A stretch of DNA of 64,000 bases from Clostridiales bacterium (GCA_004555915.1 SFJM01000006.1:16483-80482); one strand, 5' to 3'; positions 40,329 to 51,327 are shown, numbered from the stretch's first letter. Translations and numbers: made by a program. The notes: generated by a model not told the origin, from the sequence alone.

Positions 40329-41582
40329 TTATAGCAGCTGTTTTCGGCCCTCTGCCGCCCGCAAAATCATATCCAGCGCGTGGTTTGCCGCCTCCCAGCG
40401 GGCACCTTCCCGCCCCCTCGGAGACAGAATACACCGCACCTGTGTGCGCCCCCGATCATATATTCCGATATAAATGGTTCCCGCCGGCGTGCCGTCCTCG
40501 CCCCCATCCGGGCCTGCATAACCGGTGATGCCAATGCCCAGGTCGGTACCATAGGCTTTTGCAATGCCTTCTGCCATTTCCCGTGCCGTCTGGCTGGATA
40601 CGGCGGTATACCGGTCCAGCGTTTCCTGTTTCACGCCCAGCACCTTCACCTTGATTTCATTGCAGTAGGTGCAGGCACCGCCCTTGTAAAACACCGATGC
40701 GCCGGGCACATCCGTAATGCGTTTGGACAGCAGGCCGCCGGTGCAGCTCTCCGCCACGGACAGGCTCAGCCCCTTTTCCGTCAGTACCTTTGCCACGGCA
40801 TGCGCAAGATCCGGTACATCCACGCCATAGACCACATCCCCCAGCTGGTCACACACCTGTCTGACCACCGGTTCCAGCAGCTGTTCCGCTTCTTCCTTTG
40901 TGTCTGCCTTTGCGGTCACGCGTACCAGACATTCCCCATCCTTTGCGTAGGGCGCTACTGTGGGGTTGCTGCTGCGCTCCATCAGGTCATGCAGCTTCTC
41001 CTCCATGGTGGATTCACCGATACCGAAAATCCGGATATGGTGCGACACAATCACACCGCCTGCCAGTCTGGCAAGATATGCCATGCCTGCCGTGCGGAAT
41101 ACCGGCGTGCATTCCCTGGGCGGCCCGGGCAGCATCATGACATGCACGCCGTCCGCTTCAAACACACAGCCCGGTGCGGTACCCCAGTCGTTGGCCAGCA
41201 CCTTACAGTCTGACGGAAGCATGGCCTGCTTCACATTGTTCTGGGTCATCTCCCTGCCGATCTGTTCAAAAAACGCGGTAATCCGCCGCAGCGTGGGCTT
41301 GTGCAGCACCAGCTTCTTGCCAAATGCCTCGGCAATGGTTTCACGGGTCAGGTCATCCAGCGTGGGACCCAGCCCGCCGGTTGTAATAATCAGATCCGAC
41401 CGTTTGCGCGCGATGTCCAGAACCTCCTTCAGCCGTTCCGGGTTGTCCCCCACCACGGTCTGGTAATAGACATCAATGCCCAGCTCATTCAGTCCCATGG
41501 AAATCACCTGCGCGTCGGTGTTGACTATATCACCCAGCAGGATTTCCGTGCCCACTGCAATCATTTCTGCTTTCATCTGCAT
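40329..41582 (-). CDS. cinA: Competence/damage-inducible protein CinA
   Basis: VGTEILLG, GGLGPT.DD.T, AESCTGG, TGYAGP. Confidence 0.95.
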   Translation of the reverse strand: MQMKAEMIAVGTEILLGDIVNTDAQVISMGLNELGIDVYYQTVVGDNPERLKEVLDIARKRSDLIITTGGLGPTLDDLTRETIAEAFGKKLVLHKPTLRRITAFFEQIGREMTQNNVKQAMLPSDCKVLANDWGTAPGCVFEADGVHVMMLPGPPRECTPVFRTAGMAYLARLAGGVIVSHHIRIFGIGESTMEEKLHDLMERSSNPTVAPYAKDGECLVRVTAKADTKEEAEQLLEPVVRQVCDQLGDVVYGVDVPDLAHAVAKVLTEKGLSLSVAESCTGGLLSKRITDVPGASVFYKGGACTYCNEIKVKVLGVKQETLDRYTAVSSQTAREMAEGIAKAYGTDLGIGITGYAGPDGGEDGTPAGTIYIGIYDRGRTQVRCILSPRGREGARWEAANHALDMILRAAEGRKQLL

Positions 41583-41819
41583 TCCCTTCTTTCCGAAATC
41601 AACAAAAAACGGACAAATGCCATACCATCCGTCCGCTGCCGGCAGAACTGCTCCGCCAGTATATCATACATATTGGGTTTTTCTCTGTCAGTTTATGCGG
41701 TACAGGTTACCACAGTGTTATTGTATCACACCCTCCAGTTTTTGGCAAGCTGCACAAAAACCGGGGCTTTCACGGCAGAAATCTGCTCGCAAAAGCCCCA
41801 TCGGATACATATTTTGTGA

Positions 41820-43214
41820 TTATGCGTGCGGAATGATGGTATGTGCCGCAATCTCCGTGCTGGTGGTTGCCAGATCAGAGTAGGACAGTCCATGTACATC
41901 CGCATGTCCGGTAATCCGGGCAAACATCTCCAGCTCCCTGCGGGAAACCTCCAGATAGTTTGCCACGCGCTGTGCCGCTGCATCCACATCCAGCCGCCTG
42001 CGCAGGGTTTCGTCCTGTGTGGCAATGCCTGCCGGACACGCACCACTGCCGCAGATACGGTACTGCTGGCAGCCTGCCGCAATCAGGGCACCGCTTGCCA
42101 CCGCAATGGCATCCGCACCCATGGCAAGTGCCTTGGCAAAGTCCGCGGATACCCGCAGTCCGCCGGTAATCACAATATCAAAGGTGGCATTGTGTTCCGT
42201 ACGGTATTTCCATGCCCGATACAGGGCATAAATGGTCGGAATGCTTGTGGCCTCCCGGAGGAAAAACGGGCTGGATGCGGTTGCGCCGCCTCTGCCGTCC
42301 AGTGTCACAAAATCCGCTTCTGCATAGACACAGCAATCCAGATCCGCTTCGATCTGGCCTGCGGCAATCTTGATACCGACAGGCCGTCCGCCGGAACGCT
42401 CCCGCAGCATGCGAACCATTTCCTTCAAATCCTCTTTCGAGTTGATTTCCGGGAATTTGCTGGGGCTCTGGATATCCTGTCCCTGCTGCTTGCCGCGGAT
42501 GGCGGCGATTTCCGCCGTTACCTTTTCCCCGGGCAGATGACCGCCCATGCCGGGCTTGGTGCCCTGGCCGATTTTGATTTCAATGGCGTCCGCCTGCTGA
42601 AGAATCTCATCGGTCACGCTGTACTTGTTGGGCACATATTCAAAGATATACTTATATGCCGCATCCCGTTCCTCCGGCAGGACACCGCCTTCGCCGCTGC
42701 ACATGGCAGTTTTCGCCAGCGCAGAGCCCTTTGACAGTGCCGTCTTGGTTTCCTTCGACAGTGCGCCAAAGGACATATGGGAGATGTAAACCGGGCTTTC
42801 CAGCACCATAGGCTTTTTGGCATGCTTGCCGATGACCGTCCGGGTATTCACCGGCGCGTCATCCTCCATGGGCAGGGTATGCAGCTGGGCACCCAGCAGC
42901 AGGATGTCATCCCAGTTGGGCATGGGCATCCGGGTGGACATAGCCGCATGGATCGACTGGCCTGTTACTGCCATTTCATGGATTTCCGCCATATAGCGGT
43001 TATCCGGATCCTTGCGTACAATCGCCGGGTCATAGCTTAAATTCTTCTGTGCAGACTGTGCCGGCACTTCTTCCTCCGGCCGGTCATCCTCCACATAAAT
43101 AAACTTTTCCCGGGGCTGATGGCACATGGGACATTCCTTCAGTTCGGTAATGCTGTAGTCTTCCTTCTGCTCATCAAACAGATAGCCACACACGCCGCAA
43201 CGATAAACAGCCAT
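41820..43214 (-). CDS. Rubredoxin-fused FMN-binding glutamate-synthase-family protein
   Basis: CGVCG..CPMC; MSFGALS, IKIGQGTKPGMGG, CQQYRICGSGACPAG. Confidence 0.9.
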   Translation of the reverse strand: MAVYRCGVCGYLFDEQKEDYSITELKECPMCHQPREKFIYVEDDRPEEEVPAQSAQKNLSYDPAIVRKDPDNRYMAEIHEMAVTGQSIHAAMSTRMPMPNWDDILLLGAQLHTLPMEDDAPVNTRTVIGKHAKKPMVLESPVYISHMSFGALSKETKTALSKGSALAKTAMCSGEGGVLPEERDAAYKYIFEYVPNKYSVTDEILQQADAIEIKIGQGTKPGMGGHLPGEKVTAEIAAIRGKQQGQDIQSPSKFPEINSKEDLKEMVRMLRERSGGRPVGIKIAAGQIEADLDCCVYAEADFVTLDGRGGATASSPFFLREATSIPTIYALYRAWKYRTEHNATFDIVITGGLRVSADFAKALAMGADAIAVASGALIAAGCQQYRICGSGACPAGIATQDETLRRRLDVDAAAQRVANYLEVSRRELEMFARITGHADVHGLSYSDLATTSTEIAAHTIIPHA

Positions 43215-43753
43215 CAGTAATTTTCCTTCCGTACTTCAAAGAATGCCTGTGGGTGGTTGCATACCGGACATACCTCCGGCGCCTTGGTGCCTACGACGAT
43301 ATGGCCGCAGTTCCGGCACTCCCATACCTGTACGCCGCTCTTTTCAAATACCTGCTTGGTTTCCACATTGTTCAGCAGGGCACGGTACCGTTCCTCATGC
43401 GACTTTTCAATCGCTGCCACGCCGCGGAACTGGGCTGCCAGCTCGGTAAAGCCTTCCTCCTCCGCTTCACGTGCCATACGGTCATACATATCGGTCCATT
43501 CTGCATTTTCGCCTTCTGCGGCATGCAGCAGGTTTTCTGCGGTATCGCCCAGCTCGCCCAGTGCCTTGAACCACAGCTTGGCATGCTCCTTCTCATTTTC
43601 CGCTGTCTTTAAAAACAGCTCTGCAATCTGCTCATAGCCTGCCTTCTTTGCCACGGAAGCAAAATAGGTATACTTGTTTCTTGCCTGGGATTCGCCTGCA
43701 AATGCTTCCCACAGATTCTTTTCGGTCTTTGTACCTGCATACTTGTTTGCCAT
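43214..43753 (-). CDS. rbr: Rubrerythrin
   Basis: [28 protein letters not shown]. Confidence 0.95.
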   Translation of the reverse strand: MANKYAGTKTEKNLWEAFAGESQARNKYTYFASVAKKAGYEQIAELFLKTAENEKEHAKLWFKALGELGDTAENLLHAAEGENAEWTDMYDRMAREAEEEGFTELAAQFRGVAAIEKSHEERYRALLNNVETKQVFEKSGVQVWECRNCGHIVVGTKAPEVCPVCNHPQAFFEVRKENY

Positions 43754-43841
43754 TACGATTTCCTCCTATGCTTTTCCTGTTTCCCGGCGGAGCATGCCTG
43801 TGCTGCCCACGCTGCGGGCTCTCTTCTCTCTATCTATAAAT

Positions 43842-43881
43842 TGGTAATTATTATTATATTCCTATATATTTCCGTTGTCAA
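43842..43881 (-). promoter_or_regulatory. Consensus sigma-A promoter of rbr overlapped by a PerR-like box
   Basis: Minus strand TTGACA-17-TATAAT (43881-43853); TAATTATTATTATAT at 43845-43859 resembles TTATAATNATTATAA. Confidence 0.65.
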
Positions 43882-43956
43882 ATAAAACATTTTATCCAAA
43901 TAAAAAAGAGCGCATATACCGCTGTACATGCGCTCCTTGTTATGTGCTGTTGCAAT

Positions 43957-44838
43957 TTAGCCGATGGTTGCCAGAGCAGAGCCCGGGATAATGCGTCCCA
44001 GCTCGTCATACTCATAGAAGCCCTTGCCGGTCTTCTGGCCCAGATGCTTTGCACGTACCATCTTCTTCAGCAGGCGTGCCGGACGATACTTGGCATCAAA
44101 GGTCTCATGATACATAACTTCCATGATAGCCAGACATACATCCAGACCAACCAGATCGCCCAGAGCCAGCGGGCCCATCGGATGGTTTGCACCCAGCTTC
44201 ATAGCAATATCAATGCCTTCTACGGAAGCCAGGCCTTCCTCAAAGATGCCGATTGCTTCGTTAATCATCGGGATCAGCAGACGGTTTACAACGAAGCCCG
44301 GTCCTTCGATAACTTCTACCGGAACCTTGTCAATATCAGTGGCAATGTCCTTGACGCGCTCTACCATTTCATCGGTGGTGGTCATGCCCGGAATAACCTC
44401 AACCAGCTTCATGACAGCTGCCGGGTTAAAGAAATGCATGCCGATGATCGGGCGGGTCAGCTGGCCACTGATTTCCGTAATGGACAGGGAGGATGTGTTG
44501 GAAGCTACCAGCGCATCCGGACGGCAGATGTCCTCAATCTGCTTCAGCAGTGTCATCTTTGCCTGCAGGTTCTCGATGGCAGACTCGATAATCAGGTCTG
44601 CATCGCGGCAGCCATTGATATCCGTAATGGTAACCTTGCTGTCGATTTCGTCAAAACGCTCCTGTGTAATTCTGCCCTTTGCCACCATGCGCTTCAGCGG
44701 CTTCTGGAACAGGGCACGCTTCTGCTCAAAGCCCTTGCCGGAAACCACGCAGAGATTTACCTCATAGCCCTCTGCCTGTGCGAATGCCTGTGTAATGCCA
44801 AGGCCCATAATGCCCGAGCCAACTACTGCTACTTTCAT
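43957..44838 (-). CDS. hbd: 3-hydroxybutyryl-CoA dehydrogenase
   Basis: GSGIMG, SNTSSL, GMHFFNP, NHPMGP, KTGKGFY. Confidence 0.93.
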   Translation of the reverse strand: MKVAVVGSGIMGLGITQAFAQAEGYEVNLCVVSGKGFEQKRALFQKPLKRMVAKGRITQERFDEIDSKVTITDINGCRDADLIIESAIENLQAKMTLLKQIEDICRPDALVASNTSSLSITEISGQLTRPIIGMHFFNPAAVMKLVEVIPGMTTTDEMVERVKDIATDIDKVPVEVIEGPGFVVNRLLIPMINEAIGIFEEGLASVEGIDIAMKLGANHPMGPLALGDLVGLDVCLAIMEVMYHETFDAKYRPARLLKKMVRAKHLGQKTGKGFYEYDELGRIIPGSALATIG

Positions 44839-44923
44839 ACCATAACCTCATTTCTTCCTTTCATCCCATGGGATGATGCATTGTGTTGTTTCAACGTTTA
44901 TCCTATTCAGCTTTTATGTCCGT

Positions 44924-44941
44924 GTGTTATTTTTTTAACAA
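44924..44941. promoter_or_regulatory. Rex operator upstream of hbd
   Basis: GTGTTATTTTTTTAACAA has two mismatches to the clostridial TTGTTAANNNNTTAACAA consensus. Confidence 0.6.
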
Positions 44942-45232
44942 TCACATTGTGACTATACCATGTTTTCCCTGTTTTTTCAAATGCACTAAATCGTTTTTCT
45001 GTTGAATTTTTCCTTCAATGCGACTAGAATACTCTATAAAAAGAACCAGAAATTCACCATTTCTGATGTATCTCTGGTTCCTCATTCGTTATTCTGCATA
45101 AAATCCATCCGTTATTTCCCGTTATTTTATACAATATTTAAGAATTTCCTTCATCCTGCCAAAATTTTTGGTGATTTTCCTGCATTCTGTCCCAACGCAG
45201 CATACCACATGGCTTTTTTTCTCCCTGTTTTG

Positions 45233-46396
45233 TTACAGGACAACGCACTCCACGCCTTCCAGCGCCTTTGCCACCAGTGCTTCCACATCCAGCGCCCGCT
45301 CGGCTTCCTCGACCTTGAATTTCTTCGGACGGGTCAGCGGATGCTTCGGCGTGAATACCGTGCAGCAGTCCTCATATGGCAGAATGGACGTATCAAAGGT
45401 GTCAATCTTACGGGAAATCTGAACGATTTCCTCCTTATCCATACCAATAACCGGACGGAATACCGGCAGAGAGCAGACAGCACCTGTTACATTCATGGCT
45501 TCCATGGTCTGGGATGCCACCTGTCCCAGACTTTCACCGGTAATCAGTGCACCGGCATCGTGCTCCCGTGCCACCTCTTCTGCCAGACGCATCATAAACC
45601 GGCGCATAATCAGGGTGAACATATCCTCCGGGCAGTTGTCGCGGATGGCTTCCTGAATTTCCGTAAACGGTACCACATAGACCTCCATGCGACCCGCATA
45701 ATGGGTCAGCTGTTCTGCCAGTGCCATGACCTTTTCCTTTGCACGCTCAGAGGTATAGGGGTAGCTGAAGAAATGCACCGCGCACAGCTCCAGACCGCGT
45801 TTTGCCATCATGTAGCCAGCTACCGGGGAATCAATGCCGCCGGACAGCAGCAGAGCTGCCTTGCCATTGGTACCCACCGGCATACCGCCCGGGCCCGGAA
45901 TCTTGCCTGCATGCACATAAGCTGCCTTGTCACGCACTTCAATATTGACCCGCAGGTCCGGATTGTGCATATCCGGAATCAGGTTTTCATATTTGTCATC
46001 CAGATCCCCGCCAATCTGCTGGCAGATCTGAATGGAATTCAGCGGGAATTTTTTATCCGAACGCTTCGCTTCCACCTTAAACCGTTCCGCGCTCTCCAGC
46101 TCATCCGCCAGATAGGTGTTGACAGTCTCCCAGATGGCATCCATACTCTTTTCGCACACGGCGGCACGGCAGATGGCAGCAACGCCGAATACATTGAGCA
46201 CGGCCTCCAGTACCTCATCCATATCCACGCCGTCCGCCGGTTCAATGTAAATCGTGGACTGCATGATATATACCTTGCACTTGCCTACCTTTTCCACACG
46301 GCGGCGCAGGTTGGCAATCAGACGGCTTTCAAACCGGCGGCGGTTCAGACCCTTGAGCACGACCTCGCCCAGCTTCAACAGCAAAACTTCTTTCAT
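45233..46396 (-). CDS. thiI: tRNA 4-thiouridine(8) synthase
   Basis: THUMP domain, SGGIDS, TGESLGQVASQT, PYEDCC. Confidence 0.96.
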   Translation of the reverse strand: MKEVLLLKLGEVVLKGLNRRRFESRLIANLRRRVEKVGKCKVYIMQSTIYIEPADGVDMDEVLEAVLNVFGVAAICRAAVCEKSMDAIWETVNTYLADELESAERFKVEAKRSDKKFPLNSIQICQQIGGDLDDKYENLIPDMHNPDLRVNIEVRDKAAYVHAGKIPGPGGMPVGTNGKAALLLSGGIDSPVAGYMMAKRGLELCAVHFFSYPYTSERAKEKVMALAEQLTHYAGRMEVYVVPFTEIQEAIRDNCPEDMFTLIMRRFMMRLAEEVAREHDAGALITGESLGQVASQTMEAMNVTGAVCSLPVFRPVIGMDKEEIVQISRKIDTFDTSILPYEDCCTVFTPKHPLTRPKKFKVEEAERALDVEALVAKALEGVECVVL

Positions 46397-46511
46397 ATAC
46401 AAAACCTCATTCAAGTGTAAATATTTCGACAATTCATCTGCTATCTTAGCACAGCACGTACAGGTTTGCAAGAATACGCATTAATTTATTATGTCTCAAT
46501 ATATTTTCCTT

Positions 46512-47219
46512 TCAAGATGTTGTAATCGAAACATATGGTATCGTATAATGCTCTGTCATATGCAATTCCAACGGAAACGGTACATCAAAAGTTTCATCCT
46601 CCAACAATGTTCTTGTCGGTACTATCTGGTATCCTGAAATGATCAATGTATCCTCATCGCTTTTTTCAACCTGATACCAACCTGTACGCTGATAAAAACG
46701 CAAAAATGCACCCATATCTTTTGAACTCACTTCATACTCTATGCCAGCATATATCTCAGGCTGTACCTCTGTTGTCATTCGCTTGTCAGAAAAAAGATAC
46801 AACGGAAGCTGTATCACTGGGTCAGCAATATTTTGTTCGGTATCCATCTGTGCTGTATCAGAAACCAATTTAACCGACATATTGGTCGCTATATGTTCAT
46901 ACTGCGAAAACGGGAAATAAAATGCATCACATCGATTTTCTTTGGAATTGGCAAATAAAACATAACCATCTCTCATCACCTGCACTTCTCCATACGGTTC
47001 TGCTTGCCTGCGAAATTCTGTCTCTTTCCACGGCCGATCAAGGACATATGTCATCGCATCTGTCCATGGAGCAGGATACTGACGATTTTGAACGGACAAT
47101 TCTACAGGCAGCCCGCTAAACAATCCAACAACGCCAATCGAACCACTGCGTTGTAATCCACCACAACCGCACAGCAGCGCAATCATACATGCAAGCATCA
47201 TTCCTGTCCAGCGCTTCAT
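46512..47219 (-). CDS. Hypothetical lipoprotein, AT-richer than its flanks
   Basis: Signal with LLCGC lipobox; GGGGGAG RBS. Confidence 0.7.
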   Translation of the reverse strand: MKRWTGMMLACMIALLCGCGGLQRSGSIGVVGLFSGLPVELSVQNRQYPAPWTDAMTYVLDRPWKETEFRRQAEPYGEVQVMRDGYVLFANSKENRCDAFYFPFSQYEHIATNMSVKLVSDTAQMDTEQNIADPVIQLPLYLFSDKRMTTEVQPEIYAGIEYEVSSKDMGAFLRFYQRTGWYQVEKSDEDTLIISGYQIVPTRTLLEDETFDVPFPLELHMTEHYTIPYVSITTS

Positions 47220-47470
47220 TGTACTCCCCCCATCCCCAATATCATCCCTTGTTCCCCAATTCTTTTACTCCTTTAGTATACCACACCTGCGAAAATGTTA
47301 CTATGTGTAATGGTGTACAATTTTTACCAAAAGCTTTTTTCATGCATTTTGAAGAAATCTGTCCAAACTCGTCCTTCTCCGGACATAACAAAAAAAGAGG
47401 GATTCCGGTAATCCAATACAAAAAAGCGTGTACCCATCCTGTCCGGCAGATACACGCTTTCCAATTCCCT

Positions 47471-48622
47471 TTATTCCCTTCTCAGCCGCTTCGTGCCTTC
47501 CTCCAGCGCATCCAGCAGGACTTCCACATCCTCCGGTGTATTGGACGGCGCAAAGCTGATGCGCAGGGCACTGTCAATGCGTTCATGTCCCAGCTGCATC
47601 GCTGCCAGCACATGGCTTGCCTTGCCCTTGGCACAGGCGGAGCCGGAGGATACATAGACCTCATGCATTTCCAGCACCCGCAGCAGCACCTCGCTCTTGC
47701 AGCCGGGGAAGGAAACATTCACCACATGAGGCATGTCATGCTTTCCGTTGTATACCGCCCAGGGGAACCGCTGTGCAATGCCTGCCTCCAGCTGTGCGCA
47801 CAATGCTTCCACCTTGGCATAATTGTCCTCCAGCTGTTCCTGACGAATACGGCAGGCCTCACCAAAGGCGGCAATGTTCGGAGTGGCTTCGGTACCCGGG
47901 CGCATGCCGCGTTCCTGTCCGCCGCCCACCATCAGCGGTGCAATACGGACGCCTTTGCGGATATATAACGCGCCGATGCCCTTGGGCGCGCCGATTTTAT
48001 GCCCGCTGACGCTGATAAAATCCGCGTTCCACAGCTTCGGCTTGATGGGAATGCGCGCCAGTCCCTGTACGGCATCAATATGAAACAATGCCTGCGGGGC
48101 TTTTTTCTTCAAAATTTTTCCGAATTCCTTCACCGGCAGAATGGTGCCCACCTCATTGTTTGCCAGCATGCAGGTCAGCAGCACGGTGTCCGGGCGGATG
48201 GCATCCCGCAGGTCAGATACCGCAATATGCCCGTCCGCGTCAGGCTGTAAATAAGTTACCTCAAAGCCCTCCTGCTCCAGTTGTCTGACGGTATTCAATG
48301 TGGCGGAATGCTCGATTGCCGTGGTAATGATATGTTTGCCTCTGCCTTTTCTGCGGCATGCGCCATAAATTGCGGTGGCTGTGGCTTCCGTACCGCAGGA
48401 GGTAAAGGTCACCTCAGACGGTGCAGCGGACAGGATGGCTGCCACCTGCTTCCGGGCCGTTTCCAGCATGCCGGAGGCTTCAATGCCCATCCTGTGTACG
48501 CTCGACGGATTGCCGAACTGCTCGGTCATCACCCGGCAGGCAATGGCAGCAGCCTCCGGCAGTACGGCAGTGGTTGCCGCATGATCCAGATAATGCATTC
48601 GTTTCTTATGCTCCTTCTTCAT
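47471..48622 (-). CDS. iscS: Cysteine desulfurase (IscS/NifZ-like)
   Basis: YLDHAATT, SGHK, SSGSAC. Confidence 0.92.
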   Translation of the reverse strand: MKKEHKKRMHYLDHAATTAVLPEAAAIACRVMTEQFGNPSSVHRMGIEASGMLETARKQVAAILSAAPSEVTFTSCGTEATATAIYGACRRKGRGKHIITTAIEHSATLNTVRQLEQEGFEVTYLQPDADGHIAVSDLRDAIRPDTVLLTCMLANNEVGTILPVKEFGKILKKKAPQALFHIDAVQGLARIPIKPKLWNADFISVSGHKIGAPKGIGALYIRKGVRIAPLMVGGGQERGMRPGTEATPNIAAFGEACRIRQEQLEDNYAKVEALCAQLEAGIAQRFPWAVYNGKHDMPHVVNVSFPGCKSEVLLRVLEMHEVYVSSGSACAKGKASHVLAAMQLGHERIDSALRISFAPSNTPEDVEVLLDALEEGTKRLRRE

Positions 48623-48720
48623 GTTCTGACTTCCCGCTTCGCGGTCAGAGAAATGGACTACAAAAAAACGCACCCACATGGATGCGTTTTCATCTTCAAA
48701 TGGATTGAAGCAAGGAACCC

Positions 48721-48984
48721 TTACTTGGAAGCGTTCAGCTTGAGGGTCAGTGCGCTCTTCTTGTTAGCAGCCTTGTTCTTATGAATCAGCTTGCTTGCTG
48801 CTGCCTTGTCGAGAGCCTTAACAGCGGTCTTATATGCAGACTCTGCAGCGGTCTTATCCTCAGATGCAACTGCAGCGTCAAACTTCTTCAGAATGGTCTT
48901 CAGCTGGCTACGAGCAGCCTGGTTGCGTGCGTCCTTTACCTTGGTTACCAGAACACGCTTCTTGGCAGACTTAATATTCGGCAT
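48721..48984 (-). CDS. rpsT: 30S ribosomal protein S20
   Basis: MPNIKSAKKRV..IHKNKAANKKS. Confidence 0.98.
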   Translation of the reverse strand: MPNIKSAKKRVLVTKVKDARNQAARSQLKTILKKFDAAVASEDKTAAESAYKTAVKALDKAAASKLIHKNKAANKKSALTLKLNASK

Positions 48985-49167
48985 TTGTGTCCACCTCCTT
49001 ACTCCATCAAGTGTCATCAGTATTTAAAATATTAACATGCCATGCCATAAAAATCAAGTATAATTTTATTTTTTCGTCTGTTTTTTTCAAAGTATGGTCT
49101 GACGACCGACAGATTCGCCAAATATCCTGTGGTTTTGCCCGCCTGTTCCGGTCATTTCCCGCACAAA

Positions 49168-49201
49168 GCATACATAATCCACCATTTCCATGCGCATACT
49201 G
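49168..49201 (+). promoter_or_regulatory. Forespore sigma-G/F-type promoter of gpr
   Basis: ACATA-18 nt-CATACTG. Confidence 0.45.
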
Positions 49202-49225
49202 TAAGGACAGAGGAGGGGGAATTTC

Positions 49226-50095
49226 ATGGCAATTCGTACAGATTTAGCATTGGAATTACTGGAACAGCAGCCGGATGCGGAGGTCATGCAGCGGGAAATT
49301 CAGCTGGAAGGCTTTCCGCTGCAGCAGGTTACAATTACAAAGGAAAATACCCGGTTTGGCAAGCCGCCGGGCAAATACGATACCCTGTCTATCGACCCGC
49401 TGCTGCACCGGGAAACCGATGCCTTCCCACGGGCCTGTCATGCGGTGGCGCAGGCACTGGAACAGCTGGTTCCGCCGCTGCAGGACCCGCGTTCCACGGT
49501 ACTGGTCATCGGCCTGGGCAACCGTGCCATTACGCCGGATGCCATCGGGCCCTTATGCTGCCAGAGCGTGCTGGCAACCCGTCATCTGGTAGAGCGTTCT
49601 CCGGCACAGTTCCGTGCCTTTCGTCCGGTGACGGTACTGGCTCCGGGTGTTCTGGGTATGACCGGTGTGGAAACCGGGGAAATTGTCCTGGGTGTGATTT
49701 CCCGTATCCAGCCCGGCCTGGTGATTGCCGTGGATGCACTGGCAGCCCGCAGGCTCAGCCGTCTGATGCGTACCATCCAGATGACCGATACCGGCATTGT
49801 TCCCGGCTCCGGTGTGGGCAACGCCCGCACTGCCCTCACGCAAAAAGAGCTGGGCGTACCGGTGCTTGCCATTGGTGTGCCTACCGTTGTGGATGGTGCC
49901 ACACTGGCAGAAGATATTGCCGAGCAGACCGGTGCTTCCTGTGAGGCGCTGGATGACCTGCACACGCCGGTACTGGTAACCACCCGGGATGTGGACCAGC
50001 AGGTGACCGATGCCGCCCGTGTCATTGGCTATGGCATCAACCTGTTTCTGCATCCCTCACTGGATGTCACGGACATTGACCTGTTCCTGTCCTGA
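49226..50095 (+). CDS. gpr: Germination protease GPR
   Basis: RTDLALE, GLGN..TPDAIGP, VDALAAR, GVPTVVD; divergent from rpsT. Confidence 0.96.
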   Translation: MAIRTDLALELLEQQPDAEVMQREIQLEGFPLQQVTITKENTRFGKPPGKYDTLSIDPLLHRETDAFPRACHAVAQALEQLVPPLQDPRSTVLVIGLGNRAITPDAIGPLCCQSVLATRHLVERSPAQFRAFRPVTVLAPGVLGMTGVETGEIVLGVISRIQPGLVIAVDALAARRLSRLMRTIQMTDTGIVPGSGVGNARTALTQKELGVPVLAIGVPTVVDGATLAEDIAEQTGASCEALDDLHTPVLVTTRDVDQQVTDAARVIGYGINLFLHPSLDVTDIDLFLS

Positions 50096-50099
50096 CCCG

Positions 50100-50128
50100 G
50101 CATATCTGTCCACCTTTCCGAATAGGAT
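50100..50128 (+). promoter_or_regulatory. Sigma-E-type promoter of spoIIP
   Basis: GCATATC-14 nt-AATAGGAT. Confidence 0.5.
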
Positions 50129-50169
50129 TTTGTACCGGTACAAATTTTCTGAAAGGCGGGTGGGAACAC

Positions 50170-51327
50170 ATGGCGAAGGGGCGAAACAAACGGATTGGGC
50201 TGCCACTGTGGAGCATCCCCTGCCTGCTGATGGCAGGGGTCCTGCTTGCCGTTGACCGTTTTGGCGGCAGTGCGCAGCTGGATCAGCTGTTACAGTCCAT
50301 TGCCGGGAATACCGGGTTTGTACAGGCTGCCCTGTCCGCAGAAATCGGTGCATTGGGCTGGGAATCGGTCTCAGAACACCAGCCCAATCCGGTGGGGGTG
50401 GAAGAAGTTCTTTCTGCCCAGGCATTGCCGGAACAGATGACAGATGCAGATACCAGCTGTGATACCGATGCCACCGGTACACTGGTTTCCGAAAGCCTGT
50501 TTGCCCTGCCGGACAATGTACAGAAGGCAGTGGACACCTCCAACGCCCCCACAAAAACCGCCTCCGGTGCTGCCATCAAACAGCTGACCATTACCGGTAA
50601 AAGTGGCGATTATCCCGGACAGGATGGAATTTACGTGTCCAATATGTCCGGGCTGTCCTATGACCTTGCCGGCATGCTGGCAGATCCATTGAAAATTACG
50701 AAAAATGCGTCTGCCAGTGAACCGACGGTAATGATCCTTCATACCCATGCCAGTGAAGCCTATGTAGACCAGCAGGGCGGCCGTTCCGAAGACCCGGCGC
50801 ATAATGTGGTCTATATTGGTGATGTCCTCACAGAAGTTTTGCAGCAGCAGGGAATTGGTGTGGTACACTGCCGGGAAATCATTGATGCACCCAGTTATAA
50901 TCAGTCCTATAATCGGGCGATGGATATCATCGAGGCACAGCTGGAGAAAACCGCTTCCATCAAGGTTATCATTGACCTGCATCGGGATTCCATGATTACT
51001 TCCTCCGGTATGGAATATAAAGTTGTATCGGAAATTGACGGCCAGACCTGCGCCCAGCTGATGTTTGTCATGGGCACCAATGCCGGCGGTCTGACCCATC
51101 CGAACTGGAAAAGCAATCTGAATTTTGCTGTCAACCTGCAGAAAAGCATTCTGGCAGATTATCCCACACTCATGCGTCCCATCAACCTGCGCAAGCAGCG
51201 GTTTAATGAACAGGCAACCACTGGCAGTATGATTCTGGAATGTGGCACCAGCGCCAATACCATGGAGGAAGCAGAGGTTTCCATCCGTGCCTTTGGCAAA
51301 AAGCTTGCGGAATATCTGTCACAATAA
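50170..51327 (+). CDS. spoIIP: Stage II sporulation protein P
   Basis: HTHASEAY, DLHRD, RFNE, ILECG; follows gpr. Confidence 0.93.
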   Translation: MAKGRNKRIGLPLWSIPCLLMAGVLLAVDRFGGSAQLDQLLQSIAGNTGFVQAALSAEIGALGWESVSEHQPNPVGVEEVLSAQALPEQMTDADTSCDTDATGTLVSESLFALPDNVQKAVDTSNAPTKTASGAAIKQLTITGKSGDYPGQDGIYVSNMSGLSYDLAGMLADPLKITKNASASEPTVMILHTHASEAYVDQQGGRSEDPAHNVVYIGDVLTEVLQQQGIGVVHCREIIDAPSYNQSYNRAMDIIEAQLEKTASIKVIIDLHRDSMITSSGMEYKVVSEIDGQTCAQLMFVMGTNAGGLTHPNWKSNLNFAVNLQKSILADYPTLMRPINLRKQRFNEQATTGSMILECGTSANTMEEAEVSIRAFGKKLAEYLSQ

